Source: a virus
Lineage: Duplodnaviria > Caudoviricetes
Direction: 5' to 3' (one strand)
IMG/VR virus record: IMGVR_UViG_3300017965_000002
Span: 7,254-71,253 of that record
DNA length: 64,000 bases
The position numbers were made by a program, and so were the translations under genes. Below are positions 45,711 to 54,557 of the stretch, one piece after another. The notes beneath the pieces are model-generated. The model was given only the letters and a program-made list of their open reading frames with translations, was not told where the DNA came from and did not search any database. Within the stretch, counting starts at the first letter, position 1, and the number at the start of each line of letters is the position of its first letter.

Positions 45711-47783
45711 TTTCCCTTTAACAGTCATCGGGTGACCTTTATTGAATTCAAATTCTTTTACAACCACATTGGGTTCTGTCAATTTAAGATATGTTTCCCA
45801 ATCCATTGCTCCGATATCAGATAGTATTCTATATGCCTCTTTAATGTACCAATCATAATTTATATCGGTAGGTAGAGAATCTGGAAGCACCATTAACTCC
45901 CGTGCTCCATCAGATCGAGGTACTTTGTTACCAGACATAACATAGACTAATTCCCCCTCAGTATTGGTTGAATAATACCATCGTATAGATCGACCTATAT
46001 ATTCGTTTCCTGAGGGCCGAACCCGTGCAGCGCCTCCGCGTACAGTGCGAACGCTAACAAACTTCGCGACGTCAATACAAGCCCGAATTGTGGTTTCCAA
46101 TGGGACTCCTTTAGTAAGGTATTCAAATACTGCATCACGACAAATAGTTGCTGTCGGATTCTTATGTAATTGATCAGCGGGGGATTCGGGTTTTGAATAA
46201 GCTCCTTTGGACTTAATTTTTCCGTCTTTCTTAATTGCGATATAGTTATTAACGTCGCGAGAATAGAGAGCTTGGAATTCAGAGCCTTCTGTTTCGAAAC
46301 GGGTATCGAATTCCCAAGCTTTAATAATCCCTTCCATTGTATTCTTAAGTCGACGTGGACACTTAATTACGATACCGTCGGTATTGGCGCTGACAACACG
46401 AATACCGGAGAGCTCTAGACGTTCGATCAGAAGTAGAAGGGTTAGCTGGCCTGTAACTGTAACCTGGATCAAAAGATCGGGCGAGTAGATAATAGAGTGC
46501 ATGTTGCCTAGCTTACCGAACGTTCCATTGACTACGATCTTTAAAGAATCAGCAGCCGCTTTATTTCCAGCCCGTTTTGCTTCGACGCGCTTATTGACAA
46601 TAGATCGATATACAGTGAGGAATGGATCGCCAAGATGTTGTGGTGCTAATTCTAGATTTAGAATAATGAATGGATAATAAGATATCACGTCTTTGTCAAG
46701 CAACACAAAATCGTTATCCGCCACATGGGCAGCAGTCTGTTCCGAACTATGCAGACCACCGATCCCCATACGATATACAGAACCGTTCATGTTAATTGGA
46801 AGTTCTTTAATTTCTTTCGGCATTGCAATCGAGCCAGTATGATCGACAATGAATTGTGCAGTAGCAACAACATTCAAAACATATTTCATTAAGTCGGATT
46901 CAAAATTAAGATAATAAGGAATTCCGTACTGATACACTGTACCTATCGCTACCATAGGCCGAGTTGGAAAGCGACCCGTAATTCTTTTGAGTTCTCTGTT
47001 AATGACAGCTTCCGCAATCTGTGCATCGGACTTCGAACGTAGATCGATATTGAATTCGTTACTCAATTCGTAACGCAGTTCAATCTGCTCACGTAAACAT
47101 TCGCGCAACAATTGGGTGTTGAGAGTATCATTGACGCAATACCATCTCACAATGCTAATCTGATCTTCACTTAGGACAGTGTCAGGATGGAATGGAAGGT
47201 CCTGCATCTTATGTGCGTGAAGCCTACCTGCATAAGTTTTTAGACTTGCATACAGAGGAGCAACTTCGATTAGATCAATATGGTTAACACCAAATTTCTT
47301 AACTCGATGTTGTTTAAGAATCTCAGATGGATTTACATTAAGTTTGATTATAGCGTCTGAAGCATCCTTCACAATATCTTCTTCTACACCATCACAAATA
47401 AGATAACATATTGTTAGATCGTAAGTGATAGAATTAAATCCAACGGTAAGACAATTCGATAAGATCCAACGCAGTCCATCAGCCATTTGCGGAGTCTTAG
47501 AATCGAGATAGAATACTTTACCTGAGACCACATGCGTGAATACCGCAAGAAAATAGTTTTGAAATACTTCTACGTCAACTATGAGTTCTTCTACATCTGC
47601 ACTAATACGAAGTAGATCGTCGAGAGTTAAAAGCTCAACGGGAAACGCCCGGGCTTCTTCAAGCCCGGGTAGATGATCGAGCCACGTTTGCTCAGGCGGA
47701 GTACGCTTCTCCCGCTGGACCTTTTCAGGTTTAGGTGGAGGTATATCGTTCCAGAAAAGACCCTCAACAGGATTGCGCGGCAT
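45702..47783 (-). CDS. DNA polymerase, family B-like with 3'-5' exonuclease
   Basis: Exo DVE, GFNSITYD, YCVND; Pol DVISYYP, K...NGTFGK, SANTDG. Confidence 0.9.
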   Translation of the reverse strand: MPRNPVEGLFWNDIPPPKPEKVQREKRTPPEQTWLDHLPGLEEARAFPVELLTLDDLLRISADVEELIVDVEVFQNYFLAVFTHVVSGKVFYLDSKTPQMADGLRWILSNCLTVGFNSITYDLTICYLICDGVEEDIVKDASDAIIKLNVNPSEILKQHRVKKFGVNHIDLIEVAPLYASLKTYAGRLHAHKMQDLPFHPDTVLSEDQISIVRWYCVNDTLNTQLLRECLREQIELRYELSNEFNIDLRSKSDAQIAEAVINRELKRITGRFPTRPMVAIGTVYQYGIPYYLNFESDLMKYVLNVVATAQFIVDHTGSIAMPKEIKELPINMNGSVYRMGIGGLHSSEQTAAHVADNDFVLLDKDVISYYPFIILNLELAPQHLGDPFLTVYRSIVNKRVEAKRAGNKAAADSLKIVVNGTFGKLGNMHSIIYSPDLLIQVTVTGQLTLLLLIERLELSGIRVVSANTDGIVIKCPRRLKNTMEGIIKAWEFDTRFETEGSEFQALYSRDVNNYIAIKKDGKIKSKGAYSKPESPADQLHKNPTATICRDAVFEYLTKGVPLETTIRACIDVAKFVSVRTVRGGAARVRPSGNEYIGRSIRWYYSTNTEGELVYVMSGNKVPRSDGARELMVLPDSLPTDINYDWYIKEAYRILSDIGAMDWETYLKLTEPNVVVKEFEFNKGHPMTVKGKPV

Positions 47784-47784
47784 C

Positions 47785-47970
47785 TTATCCCAGTACAGTT
47801 CGAGTCGCATCCTTTAGTTCTTGAACTGCTTTTGAATATGCTTCTTTAGATAAATCGTAGGTCTGATGAGCGCGCTCCAGTGCGCGTTCATCAGCAGCTA
47901 ATTTCTTTTTAGCTATAACTAGATTGTCTTGAATGGTTCCGAGATCTATTGACTTGACTTTAGCAACCAT
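47785..47970 (-). CDS. hypothetical coiled-coil protein
   Basis: GGAGG RBS; 61 aa. Confidence 0.65.
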   Translation of the reverse strand: MVAKVKSIDLGTIQDNLVIAKKKLAADERALERAHQTYDLSKEAYSKAVQELKDATRTVLG

Positions 47971-47993
47971 TGTATCCTCCGTTTGTTTGATGT

Positions 47994-48950
47994 TTACCCA
48001 CGCATACCAACAATCGCTCCTCGTAGGTTCTTTCCAAAGAATAGAACTGGATCTGGATAACGTGTAAAGTCTGCTGTCTCAGCTACACCTTCTAATAAGC
48101 GTAGCATTTTAATTTGGTAAAGTCCAGTGATACCTAAACCGTTTACTTCGTAGCTAGCTCCGACTTCATCAGCTAGATGTGTTTTGAGAATTCCATCTTT
48201 AAGATGAACACGGGTCAATTCATCAGAGAACATACTCAAACTATCCAATGCGGGATAGAGACGTGGATCGATAGGAACTGGGGTAGATTTCTGATCGAGC
48301 ACTTTGCTGATGTCTGGCCACTCTGTAACGTAAAGTTGAGTTCGAATCCAGCGTCCTCCAGGGTAATGAAAGGTAACAGAATTACCGCTAAGTTGAAGAT
48401 GTGATGGAGGTTCCCCAACACGAATGATTTCCTTAACTGCTGTTCCTGGAATATTAACCACGAATGGAATGTCAATTGCTAACCAGTATTGAATCACGCA
48501 GACGTTGTTTGTTGCGAATGCAGATTGACCACGCAGTAGAATTCCATTAGTCCAAGGGCGGGATGCATCATTTCCAACAAACGCACTAATCTTTTGAAAC
48601 GAATCAAGTAATGCAGAGCCATCAATGTTAACGATGTCACCTGCTGGTTCTGGATGTAGTTGTACATCATCTTCTACAGTTTCGATGAAAGCTTTGAACT
48701 TACCACTCTGTACTTTGAGACGTCCTTTCTCAGTCATGCTGAGTAGAACTTCTTCTTCACAGTTAGCGATCGCTCGAACTAGCGGATCCGCTTTTGGAGA
48801 ACATTCCAAATCCAACGGAATAGGGCTACAGATAGCCATATGTCCATTAAACGATCTCACAGTGCCCTTCTCGATTTTAAAATGAGTCATTGCAGGAACG
48901 AAATCTTTCTTCGCTACCGCACCCTGAACGAATTTAAGTTCCTTCAGCAT
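47994..48950 (-). CDS. DNA polymerase sliding clamp (beta-like)
   Basis: 318 aa; SRPWTNG, FATNN, WPD...VL pattern; next to the polymerase. Confidence 0.75.
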   Translation of the reverse strand: MLKELKFVQGAVAKKDFVPAMTHFKIEKGTVRSFNGHMAICSPIPLDLECSPKADPLVRAIANCEEEVLLSMTEKGRLKVQSGKFKAFIETVEDDVQLHPEPAGDIVNIDGSALLDSFQKISAFVGNDASRPWTNGILLRGQSAFATNNVCVIQYWLAIDIPFVVNIPGTAVKEIIRVGEPPSHLQLSGNSVTFHYPGGRWIRTQLYVTEWPDISKVLDQKSTPVPIDPRLYPALDSLSMFSDELTRVHLKDGILKTHLADEVGASYEVNGLGITGLYQIKMLRLLEGVAETADFTRYPDPVLFFGKNLRGAIVGMRG

Positions 48951-49877
48951 TCAGAACAGCTCCCTTACCCGTCCTTTATAGATACCACGATTTCTAATGT
49001 TAACTATAGCATTGATTATGCCATAAGACCAAAGGTTATATGCTGCTCGGCTTTCATAGACGGTGGACAACCGTTCGTATGTGAAACCCTTATCTTCAAG
49101 GTGTTTAAAGATAACATCCTGCTCGATCGCGGATAGAGTTGTGGCGTGTTGATTCGCGTCGTGGCGTTGCGGACTCTTCTCCGAGACGTTAATCGGACCC
49201 CATGTCGGTGTCTGAATGCCCCCGAATGCTGCGGTTTGCACCCAAGAGGATGAGTCGCAGCTATACCAAGGATAAGCTTCCATAATTGGAATGGAAGTAA
49301 TACCAAATCCGTGTACTTTGAGACGCGGTCTGCCGCTGCCATCGACAAGGTATTTATCCCAGATTCTATCAAGCCATTTCATAAGTTGTGAAGATGAAGC
49401 TCCAACCATTCCGCCCAATGTAATGTATTCATAATTCCGAACATAGTGTTCAAGGTAACGTTCATCTTCACCCGAGTGGAAACAAGGAAGTGGACGCACT
49501 CCACGCGCCTCCATCTCAAGCTGGTTGCGATACGTTTGAAGTGGATCACCAATACCGTCGAGTACGGATACTAACGGGATTCCATCTTCGACACGAATGA
49601 TATCCGGATTGCGTTTAATATAATCACAATATTCTGCAACCGAAAGTTCTACCTTAAGTGTGTGAGCAGAGAACGCTCCAGAGTCGAGAAACACCTTGCT
49701 GTGATCCTCACGCATAGCATCAGCAAACTTTTGTTTCTGAACGTAATGATATGATTCAAGAATATGTGGGACTGCATCTACCAATAGCTTTTCATTGTCA
49801 GTCAAGTTACGGTACCGACCGGAGTTGCCCCCGGCACGATATCCGTTTGTGTAGATCGCAGCTAGATAGATCTGCAT
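48951..49877 (-). CDS. dpdA: DpdA, TGT-like DNA guanine transglycosylase
   Basis: FLDSGAFS, LDGIGD, LPCFH, LGGMV, VHGFG, CDSSSW; adjacent to preQ0 synthesis genes. Confidence 0.85.
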   Translation of the reverse strand: MQIYLAAIYTNGYRAGGNSGRYRNLTDNEKLLVDAVPHILESYHYVQKQKFADAMREDHSKVFLDSGAFSAHTLKVELSVAEYCDYIKRNPDIIRVEDGIPLVSVLDGIGDPLQTYRNQLEMEARGVRPLPCFHSGEDERYLEHYVRNYEYITLGGMVGASSSQLMKWLDRIWDKYLVDGSGRPRLKVHGFGITSIPIMEAYPWYSCDSSSWVQTAAFGGIQTPTWGPINVSEKSPQRHDANQHATTLSAIEQDVIFKHLEDKGFTYERLSTVYESRAAYNLWSYGIINAIVNIRNRGIYKGRVRELF

Positions 49878-50432
49878 TTATTTCAATCCCAAGAATTCGG
49901 AACGAGCGGAATCCTCAGTTTTAAAAATTCCTCGGAGAGCACTAGTAACAGTGTAATGACCCTGTTGACAAATTCCCCGGGATTCCATACATAAGTGTCG
50001 GGCACGAATAATAACGCCACATCCCAGCGGCTTCACTACCTCAAAGATAGAATCCGCTATCTGGCATGTTAGACGTTCCTGAACTTGTAGGCGTCTCGAA
50101 TAGATTTGTAGTAGGCGAGCAAGCTTGCTTAATCCGACGATCCGTTTATAAGGTAGATAACCAATTGTCGCAGTACCAAAGAATGGGGCAAGGTGATGTT
50201 CACAGTGAGAATAGAACGGCAGGTCTTTGACTACGACCATTTCGTCTACCCCTTCCGATCCGTCAACAAAGGTCTTGAGTACGCTGATTGGATCCATATT
50301 GTAGCCGGCGGTCCAGAATTCCCAGGCTCGAGCCACACGGTCCGGCGTCTCTTGCAACCCTTCCCGCTTAGCATCTTCGCCTTGGATGTTTTCAAGGACA
50401 GCTTTAAAAGCTCCGTTTAGACTGTCGATCAT
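49878..50432 (-). CDS. folE: GTP cyclohydrolase I
   Basis: REGLQETPDRV, SHCEHH, GLSKLAR, QVQERLT, HLCMESRG. Confidence 0.95.
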   Translation of the reverse strand: MIDSLNGAFKAVLENIQGEDAKREGLQETPDRVARAWEFWTAGYNMDPISVLKTFVDGSEGVDEMVVVKDLPFYSHCEHHLAPFFGTATIGYLPYKRIVGLSKLARLLQIYSRRLQVQERLTCQIADSIFEVVKPLGCGVIIRARHLCMESRGICQQGHYTVTSALRGIFKTEDSARSEFLGLK

Positions 50433-50468
50433 AAGGGACTCCGTTAGGGACTAATTATACGCGAGATG

Positions 50469-50894
50469 TTATGCTTTTACAAGCAGATTCTGCAAGAATT
50501 GTTTAACGATTTCGAAGTCTGAAGTAATGATATTACTGTGGGCTCTGACCCACGGTGGTATGGGTTTCTTTCCACCCCATTCACTTATTGCATCGTGACG
50601 AGGAGTCCAACCAATGACTGGAATACGCCGGCTATGAGCGTAGAACATCTCCATTGCAGTACCCCAAGATGGGCGATCGATTCGAGCAAGGAAAGCATCG
50701 CTCATTCTAATTGCAGCAAGATCTACTTCTACTATTTCACAAGCTTTTTCATCTTCATCTTCGTTCTCTACAAATAATTCAATCTGTGTTGGATCGATTG
50801 CTTCCCAGCCCTCAGGTAATTGAGCTGTGAGTTTACGACGCCATGTAACCGGATCTTCGACTCCCCATATTGCACCGGCGAGATAGATTTTCAT
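50469..50894 (-). CDS. nucleoside 2-deoxyribosyltransferase / NMP N-glycosidase family
   Basis: KIYLAG, D..AI..SD, SWGTAMEMFYA....PVI. Confidence 0.85.
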   Translation of the reverse strand: MKIYLAGAIWGVEDPVTWRRKLTAQLPEGWEAIDPTQIELFVENEDEDEKACEIVEVDLAAIRMSDAFLARIDRPSWGTAMEMFYAHSRRIPVIGWTPRHDAISEWGGKKPIPPWVRAHSNIITSDFEIVKQFLQNLLVKA

Positions 50895-51256
50895 GTTCGT
50901 TTCCCGCTGAATTTAGTCTTGAGATTATATTTCTCTGATGTAGCATTAAACTTGGTGATGACTGCTTGATTCAGATCAATGCCAGCTTGCATTGCAATCA
51001 GATCAAGACAGATTACTGCATCCGCTAGTTCCTCAGCGAGCTGTTCAATTGTGGCTCGCGATCCGCGGATACCAAGACGTTCGCGTTCTAGTTTCTTGAT
51101 AACGTTGCACGCTTCTCCAATTTCGCCTGCAAGTTCGTTACCACGATAAGCAAGAGTAATCACATCAGTTGGATCCCATTCCTTTTGACGTAGCTCATTC
51201 AGTATGCGTAAAGTTATCATTCCTTCACTCCATGTAGATTGCTGAGTTGGCACCAT
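50891..51256 (-). CDS. MazG-like nucleotide pyrophosphohydrolase
   Basis: ELAGEIGE...EELADAV EXXE/EXXD motifs. Confidence 0.85.
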   Translation of the reverse strand: MVPTQQSTWSEGMITLRILNELRQKEWDPTDVITLAYRGNELAGEIGEACNVIKKLERERLGIRGSRATIEQLAEELADAVICLDLIAMQAGIDLNQAVITKFNATSEKYNLKTKFSGKRT

Positions 51257-51671
51257 GTTCCTTCACTTCAACAGATCGAACTTCGACTCGCGGGGCATAG
51301 CCGTTATCTTTTAACCAGACTATTCCGTATTCGTATATCAGTTTAGCGAATGCTTCACATCCTGTATCGGGTACCAATACCACATTGGCGATATGTAATT
51401 TTGCTAGATGGCATAGAGCTGCTCGATCTGGGTCGTCCTCAGCTACTAACATCTTATGATCAAAAGTATTTTCAAGCCAACCTTTGAAGCCCTTTAGAGA
51501 ACCAAAATCGACTACCCAGTTGCGCTCATCCAATTCTTTAGATTCAAATTCAATGTGGACACAGAGAGCGTAGCCGTGAAGATATCTACAGTGGCTTTCT
51601 GCTTTCCATTGTCGAAAGCAAGCGGAGAGACCGATGTCGTGACCCCACGTCTTTGTGCTGATATAGGTCAT
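51225..51671 (-). CDS. queD: 6-carboxy-5,6,7,8-tetrahydropterin synthase
   Basis: HCRYLHGY, WVVDFG, FDH, TGCE, VEVKEH; likely start MTYISTK at 51671. Confidence 0.9.
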   Translation of the reverse strand: MTYISTKTWGHDIGLSACFRQWKAESHCRYLHGYALCVHIEFESKELDERNWVVDFGSLKGFKGWLENTFDHKMLVAEDDPDRAALCHLAKLHIANVVLVPDTGCEAFAKLIYEYGIVWLKDNGYAPRVEVRSVEVKEHGANSAIYME

Positions 51672-51672
51672 C

Positions 51673-53058
51673 CTACTCTCCTCCATTTGCATATTGAATG
51701 ACTTCAGGTAGCTTATTGATTTCGAATGCAGTTCTACGCATGAAGCAAGGACCACAGGTCCCACAATGTATCGGGCCTGCTCGATAACAACTCCATGTGA
51801 GGTTGAGTGGAGCGCCTATCTGGTGACCGATTGCAACGATCTCATGCTTCATAAGATTGCCTACCGGCATAACAACTTTGATTCGTTTCCCATCTCCAAC
51901 TGCGAATGGAAGCATATCATTGAATCGATTAATAAATTCAGGTTCATTATCTGGATAAGCACCCGCCTCTTCTAAATTGTTACCAAGTACGATTGTACCA
52001 ATTCCTCTAGCTTCAGCGAATGCGGTTGCCATTGCAAGCATCACAAGATTACGAGCTGGAACCCATTCGTGAGCAAATTCAGCGCCTGCTTCACCTCCTG
52101 CAATTTTACTATCAGTTCGAAGGAGTGGGGAATCTTTTGGATTGTAAATGTTCATTGGAAGAAAGTGTAATGGTGTATCAAGAAATTCAGCTACCATTCT
52201 AATTGCTGCTTCCTCCGGAAGCGCAGCACGCGAACCGTAACGAAAGTGAACTAGTTCTGTATCATATCCTTCGCGTTTGATCATTGTAGCGGCAACAACG
52301 CTATCCATCCCGCCGCTGCATATGACAAGAGCTTTCCTACCATATTCAAGTTCTTTGTCGAGTCGTTCAATCTGATCAGGTTCAAAAGCCCAACATGAAT
52401 AAGGTGGTAGCATTTCTGGAACAAAGTCTTCAGGAAAATAATCTTTTGAACTTGTAAAGAAAATTCCACGTTCTTCCTTAGTATACCAGATGGGTCTATA
52501 GTTGCAGGCGGCTAACATCAGATCTGGAAAATCATCATGTGTTGCTAAGATAGCATAACTTCCTCTGAGTTGAAAAATAACCTTTTGAAATATCTCTTTT
52601 GCATGATTATTATCAAAAATAGTTCCTTTGGATTCGAGCTGTTCAACGATTGCAGCACTGTCAATTGTGGTTGGATATTTTCCTGTTCGTAGTGCCTTAT
52701 CGTTTGCAATAGTTCCATTATGAACAATATTCCATTTGCCGAGTGAGTAGGGTTGTTGATCGTTTGCAGTTTTCTTAACCACAAACTCCGTCGTGGGCTC
52801 GGCTCTAAAATTACCGATTAGATTTACAGCCACTCGTGTTCCAGTCGTAGTAAAGAATTGAATATTCTTTTTTAGATGCGTAGTCTTTTGTGCTGTCTTA
52901 TGCGTATGATTTGGTCCAGAACTTTCATAAGTATGAAAGCCCCATCCATCACGACCACGGGCGAAGCTTTCGTTTGCGACATGTATAATGATACGATTAG
53001 CTTCTGCAAGATGATGGGTAGTTGCTCTCCAGATAAGAGCCCCCATGATTGAACACAT
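51673..53058 (-). CDS. gat-queC: GAT-QueC fusion (class II glutamine amidotransferase + preQ0 synthase)
   Basis: N-terminal MC, RGRDG, HNGTI, DS; C-terminal SGGMDS PP-loop, PARN, TWSCY...CGTCGPC. Confidence 0.92.
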   Translation of the reverse strand: MCSIMGALIWRATTHHLAEANRIIIHVANESFARGRDGWGFHTYESSGPNHTHKTAQKTTHLKKNIQFFTTTGTRVAVNLIGNFRAEPTTEFVVKKTANDQQPYSLGKWNIVHNGTIANDKALRTGKYPTTIDSAAIVEQLESKGTIFDNNHAKEIFQKVIFQLRGSYAILATHDDFPDLMLAACNYRPIWYTKEERGIFFTSSKDYFPEDFVPEMLPPYSCWAFEPDQIERLDKELEYGRKALVICSGGMDSVVAATMIKREGYDTELVHFRYGSRAALPEEAAIRMVAEFLDTPLHFLPMNIYNPKDSPLLRTDSKIAGGEAGAEFAHEWVPARNLVMLAMATAFAEARGIGTIVLGNNLEEAGAYPDNEPEFINRFNDMLPFAVGDGKRIKVVMPVGNLMKHEIVAIGHQIGAPLNLTWSCYRAGPIHCGTCGPCFMRRTAFEINKLPEVIQYANGGE

Positions 53059-53775
53059 TCATTCTACTCCAATGTACTTATGAATTTGTAATTGTAGCCT
53101 ATACCCGTGTTTCATGCAAGACTGAGTCACAGCTTGGATATTCCGCATATTATGAGCTGGGTCTCTAGTGTCCATAGGCTGGAGATAGATTGGGTTATCC
53201 CAACCCTCAGGTGGTCGAGCGAGTTGGGGATTAGCCGTGTGGCCGAGGGCTTTAATTGGAAGTCCATCTTCTGGATTCATACTGTCTGCGTCAAGGACGT
53301 ATTTGAAACAACATGCTGCGTTAACAATTCCTTGATTGACGCGTCCTGTTTTTGGACTGCAGACAATATAGACGCCGTGGAAATGATCCATTCGCGGGTA
53401 TTTTGAATATCGGAATTCGCTCGGCGCAAGAGTTCCATTAGTCTCTATTTGAACAAGGTGTCCAAAGCCAGAAAGATGAAAGAGTAAAGCAGTTAGGTTC
53501 TGCCTGAAAGGCTCGCCGCCCGTAATGACTACGAGACCTCTAGGTAGGCTTATTGAATTAACATATTTGGCAATGACTTCAGGATGAGCAAGACGACGGC
53601 CTTGTGTGTATTCGGTATCACACCACGGACATTGGAGATTGCAGCCAGCGAGCCGAATAAAAACGGCGGGGAATCCACTGAAGGGTCCCTCGCCTTGGAT
53701 GGTGTAGAAGATACTGTGGACGTCGAGTAACCCTTCAGGGTGATCGACCGACTTCTCGATTGCTTGATGATTCAT
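53059..53775 (-). CDS. queE: 7-carboxy-7-deazaguanine synthase (radical SAM)
   Basis: IQGEG, FIRLAGCNLQCPWCDT, TGGEP, IETNG, QIHKY. Confidence 0.95.
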   Translation of the reverse strand: MNHQAIEKSVDHPEGLLDVHSIFYTIQGEGPFSGFPAVFIRLAGCNLQCPWCDTEYTQGRRLAHPEVIAKYVNSISLPRGLVVITGGEPFRQNLTALLFHLSGFGHLVQIETNGTLAPSEFRYSKYPRMDHFHGVYIVCSPKTGRVNQGIVNAACCFKYVLDADSMNPEDGLPIKALGHTANPQLARPPEGWDNPIYLQPMDTRDPAHNMRNIQAVTQSCMKHGYRLQLQIHKYIGVE

Positions 53776-53793
53776 GTCTCTCTCCGGGAGGTA

Positions 53794-53819
53794 GCCCCGG
53801 GAGCGTATTCTCCCGGGGC
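53794..53819. other. perfect hairpin in queE leader
   Basis: GCCCCGGGAG/CTCCCGGGGC 10-bp stem, no U-tract. Confidence 0.6.
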
Positions 53820-53843
53820 AGGTTTCGGTATTGAGACGTCAGA

Positions 53844-54425
53844 TCAGGCAGCCGGCTGAGGCTGTGCAGGAGCGAGCGGCGCAGTCGGAGCAATGGTACC
53901 CGAGAGACCGTGGAACTTCTTCCAACGGGGATACTCTGCTTTGACGTTGCCTTCGTTCAGATGCGAATGCTGTGGCATCGCAGCACGAATCTCCGCAGCG
54001 GCAACAGGAGCACCCTTTGCCTGGGATAGCTGATCGAACAGCGCCCAAGCCTTGCCGCACTCGCCATCCGGCTTCGGACGACGGATGCCGTTCTGCTCCG
54101 GCTGTTTTGCCTGCTCGCGCTGAGCAGCCTTGGCAGCCTTTGCCTCATTGCGTGCCTGCATTGCAGCTTCCTTCTGCGCCTGCTTGTCGGCTTTCTCCTG
54201 GGCCTTGGCAGCCTTGGCAGCTTCCTTGGCCTCGGCAGCGGCAGCTTTCTCCGCGTCCTTAGCGGCCTTCTTCTGCTCGCGCTCGAGCTTCTTCGCAGCC
54301 GCCTCCTGCTCCTTCTGTGCCTTCAGAGCAGCCTTCTGCCCCTCATCAACAGGAGCGGCATCAGTAGGAGCGGCGCCAGCAGACGGAGGTGCAGCCCAAG
54401 CAGGTGCGTTTGTGGTGTCATTCAT
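53844..54425 (-). CDS. Lys/Ala-rich (histone H1-like) protein with C-terminal domain; paralogue of 3120-3491
   Basis: AKAAKA-type repeats; RPKPDGECGKAW...WKKFHG. Confidence 0.75.
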   Translation of the reverse strand: MNDTTNAPAWAAPPSAGAAPTDAAPVDEGQKAALKAQKEQEAAAKKLEREQKKAAKDAEKAAAAEAKEAAKAAKAQEKADKQAQKEAAMQARNEAKAAKAAQREQAKQPEQNGIRRPKPDGECGKAWALFDQLSQAKGAPVAAAEIRAAMPQHSHLNEGNVKAEYPRWKKFHGLSGTIAPTAPLAPAQPQPAA

Positions 54426-54458
54426 GTGGATCTCCTTTACTCGTTGTTACAATAGAAC

Positions 54459-54487
54459 AACATAATACAATGCGCCGCAGATTGCAA
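54459..54487 (-). promoter_or_regulatory. putative sigma70-type promoter
   Basis: TTGCAA-17 bp-TATGTT on - strand. Confidence 0.5.
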
Positions 54488-54502
54488 GGACTATTTTTGC
54501 CG

Positions 54503-54542
54503 AAATAAATAGACAGAGCGGAGAATAAACTCCGCCCTGTCT
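54503..54542 (-). terminator. intrinsic terminator
   Basis: 13-bp stem AGACAGGGCGGAG/CTCCGCTCTGTCT then ATTTATTT. Confidence 0.65.
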
Positions 54543-54557
54543 TATTGTGTATCAGCT

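Noticed and set aside
48951-49877. tRNA-modifying Tgt for queuosine
   Set aside because: Lacks the Tgt zinc-binding C-terminus, there is no queF/queA, and the context (GAT-QueC, PolB, clamp) fits DpdA.
53776-53843. preQ1 riboswitch upstream of queE
   Set aside because: Only a GC-rich hairpin; it lacks the preQ1-I stem-loop plus A-rich tail signature.
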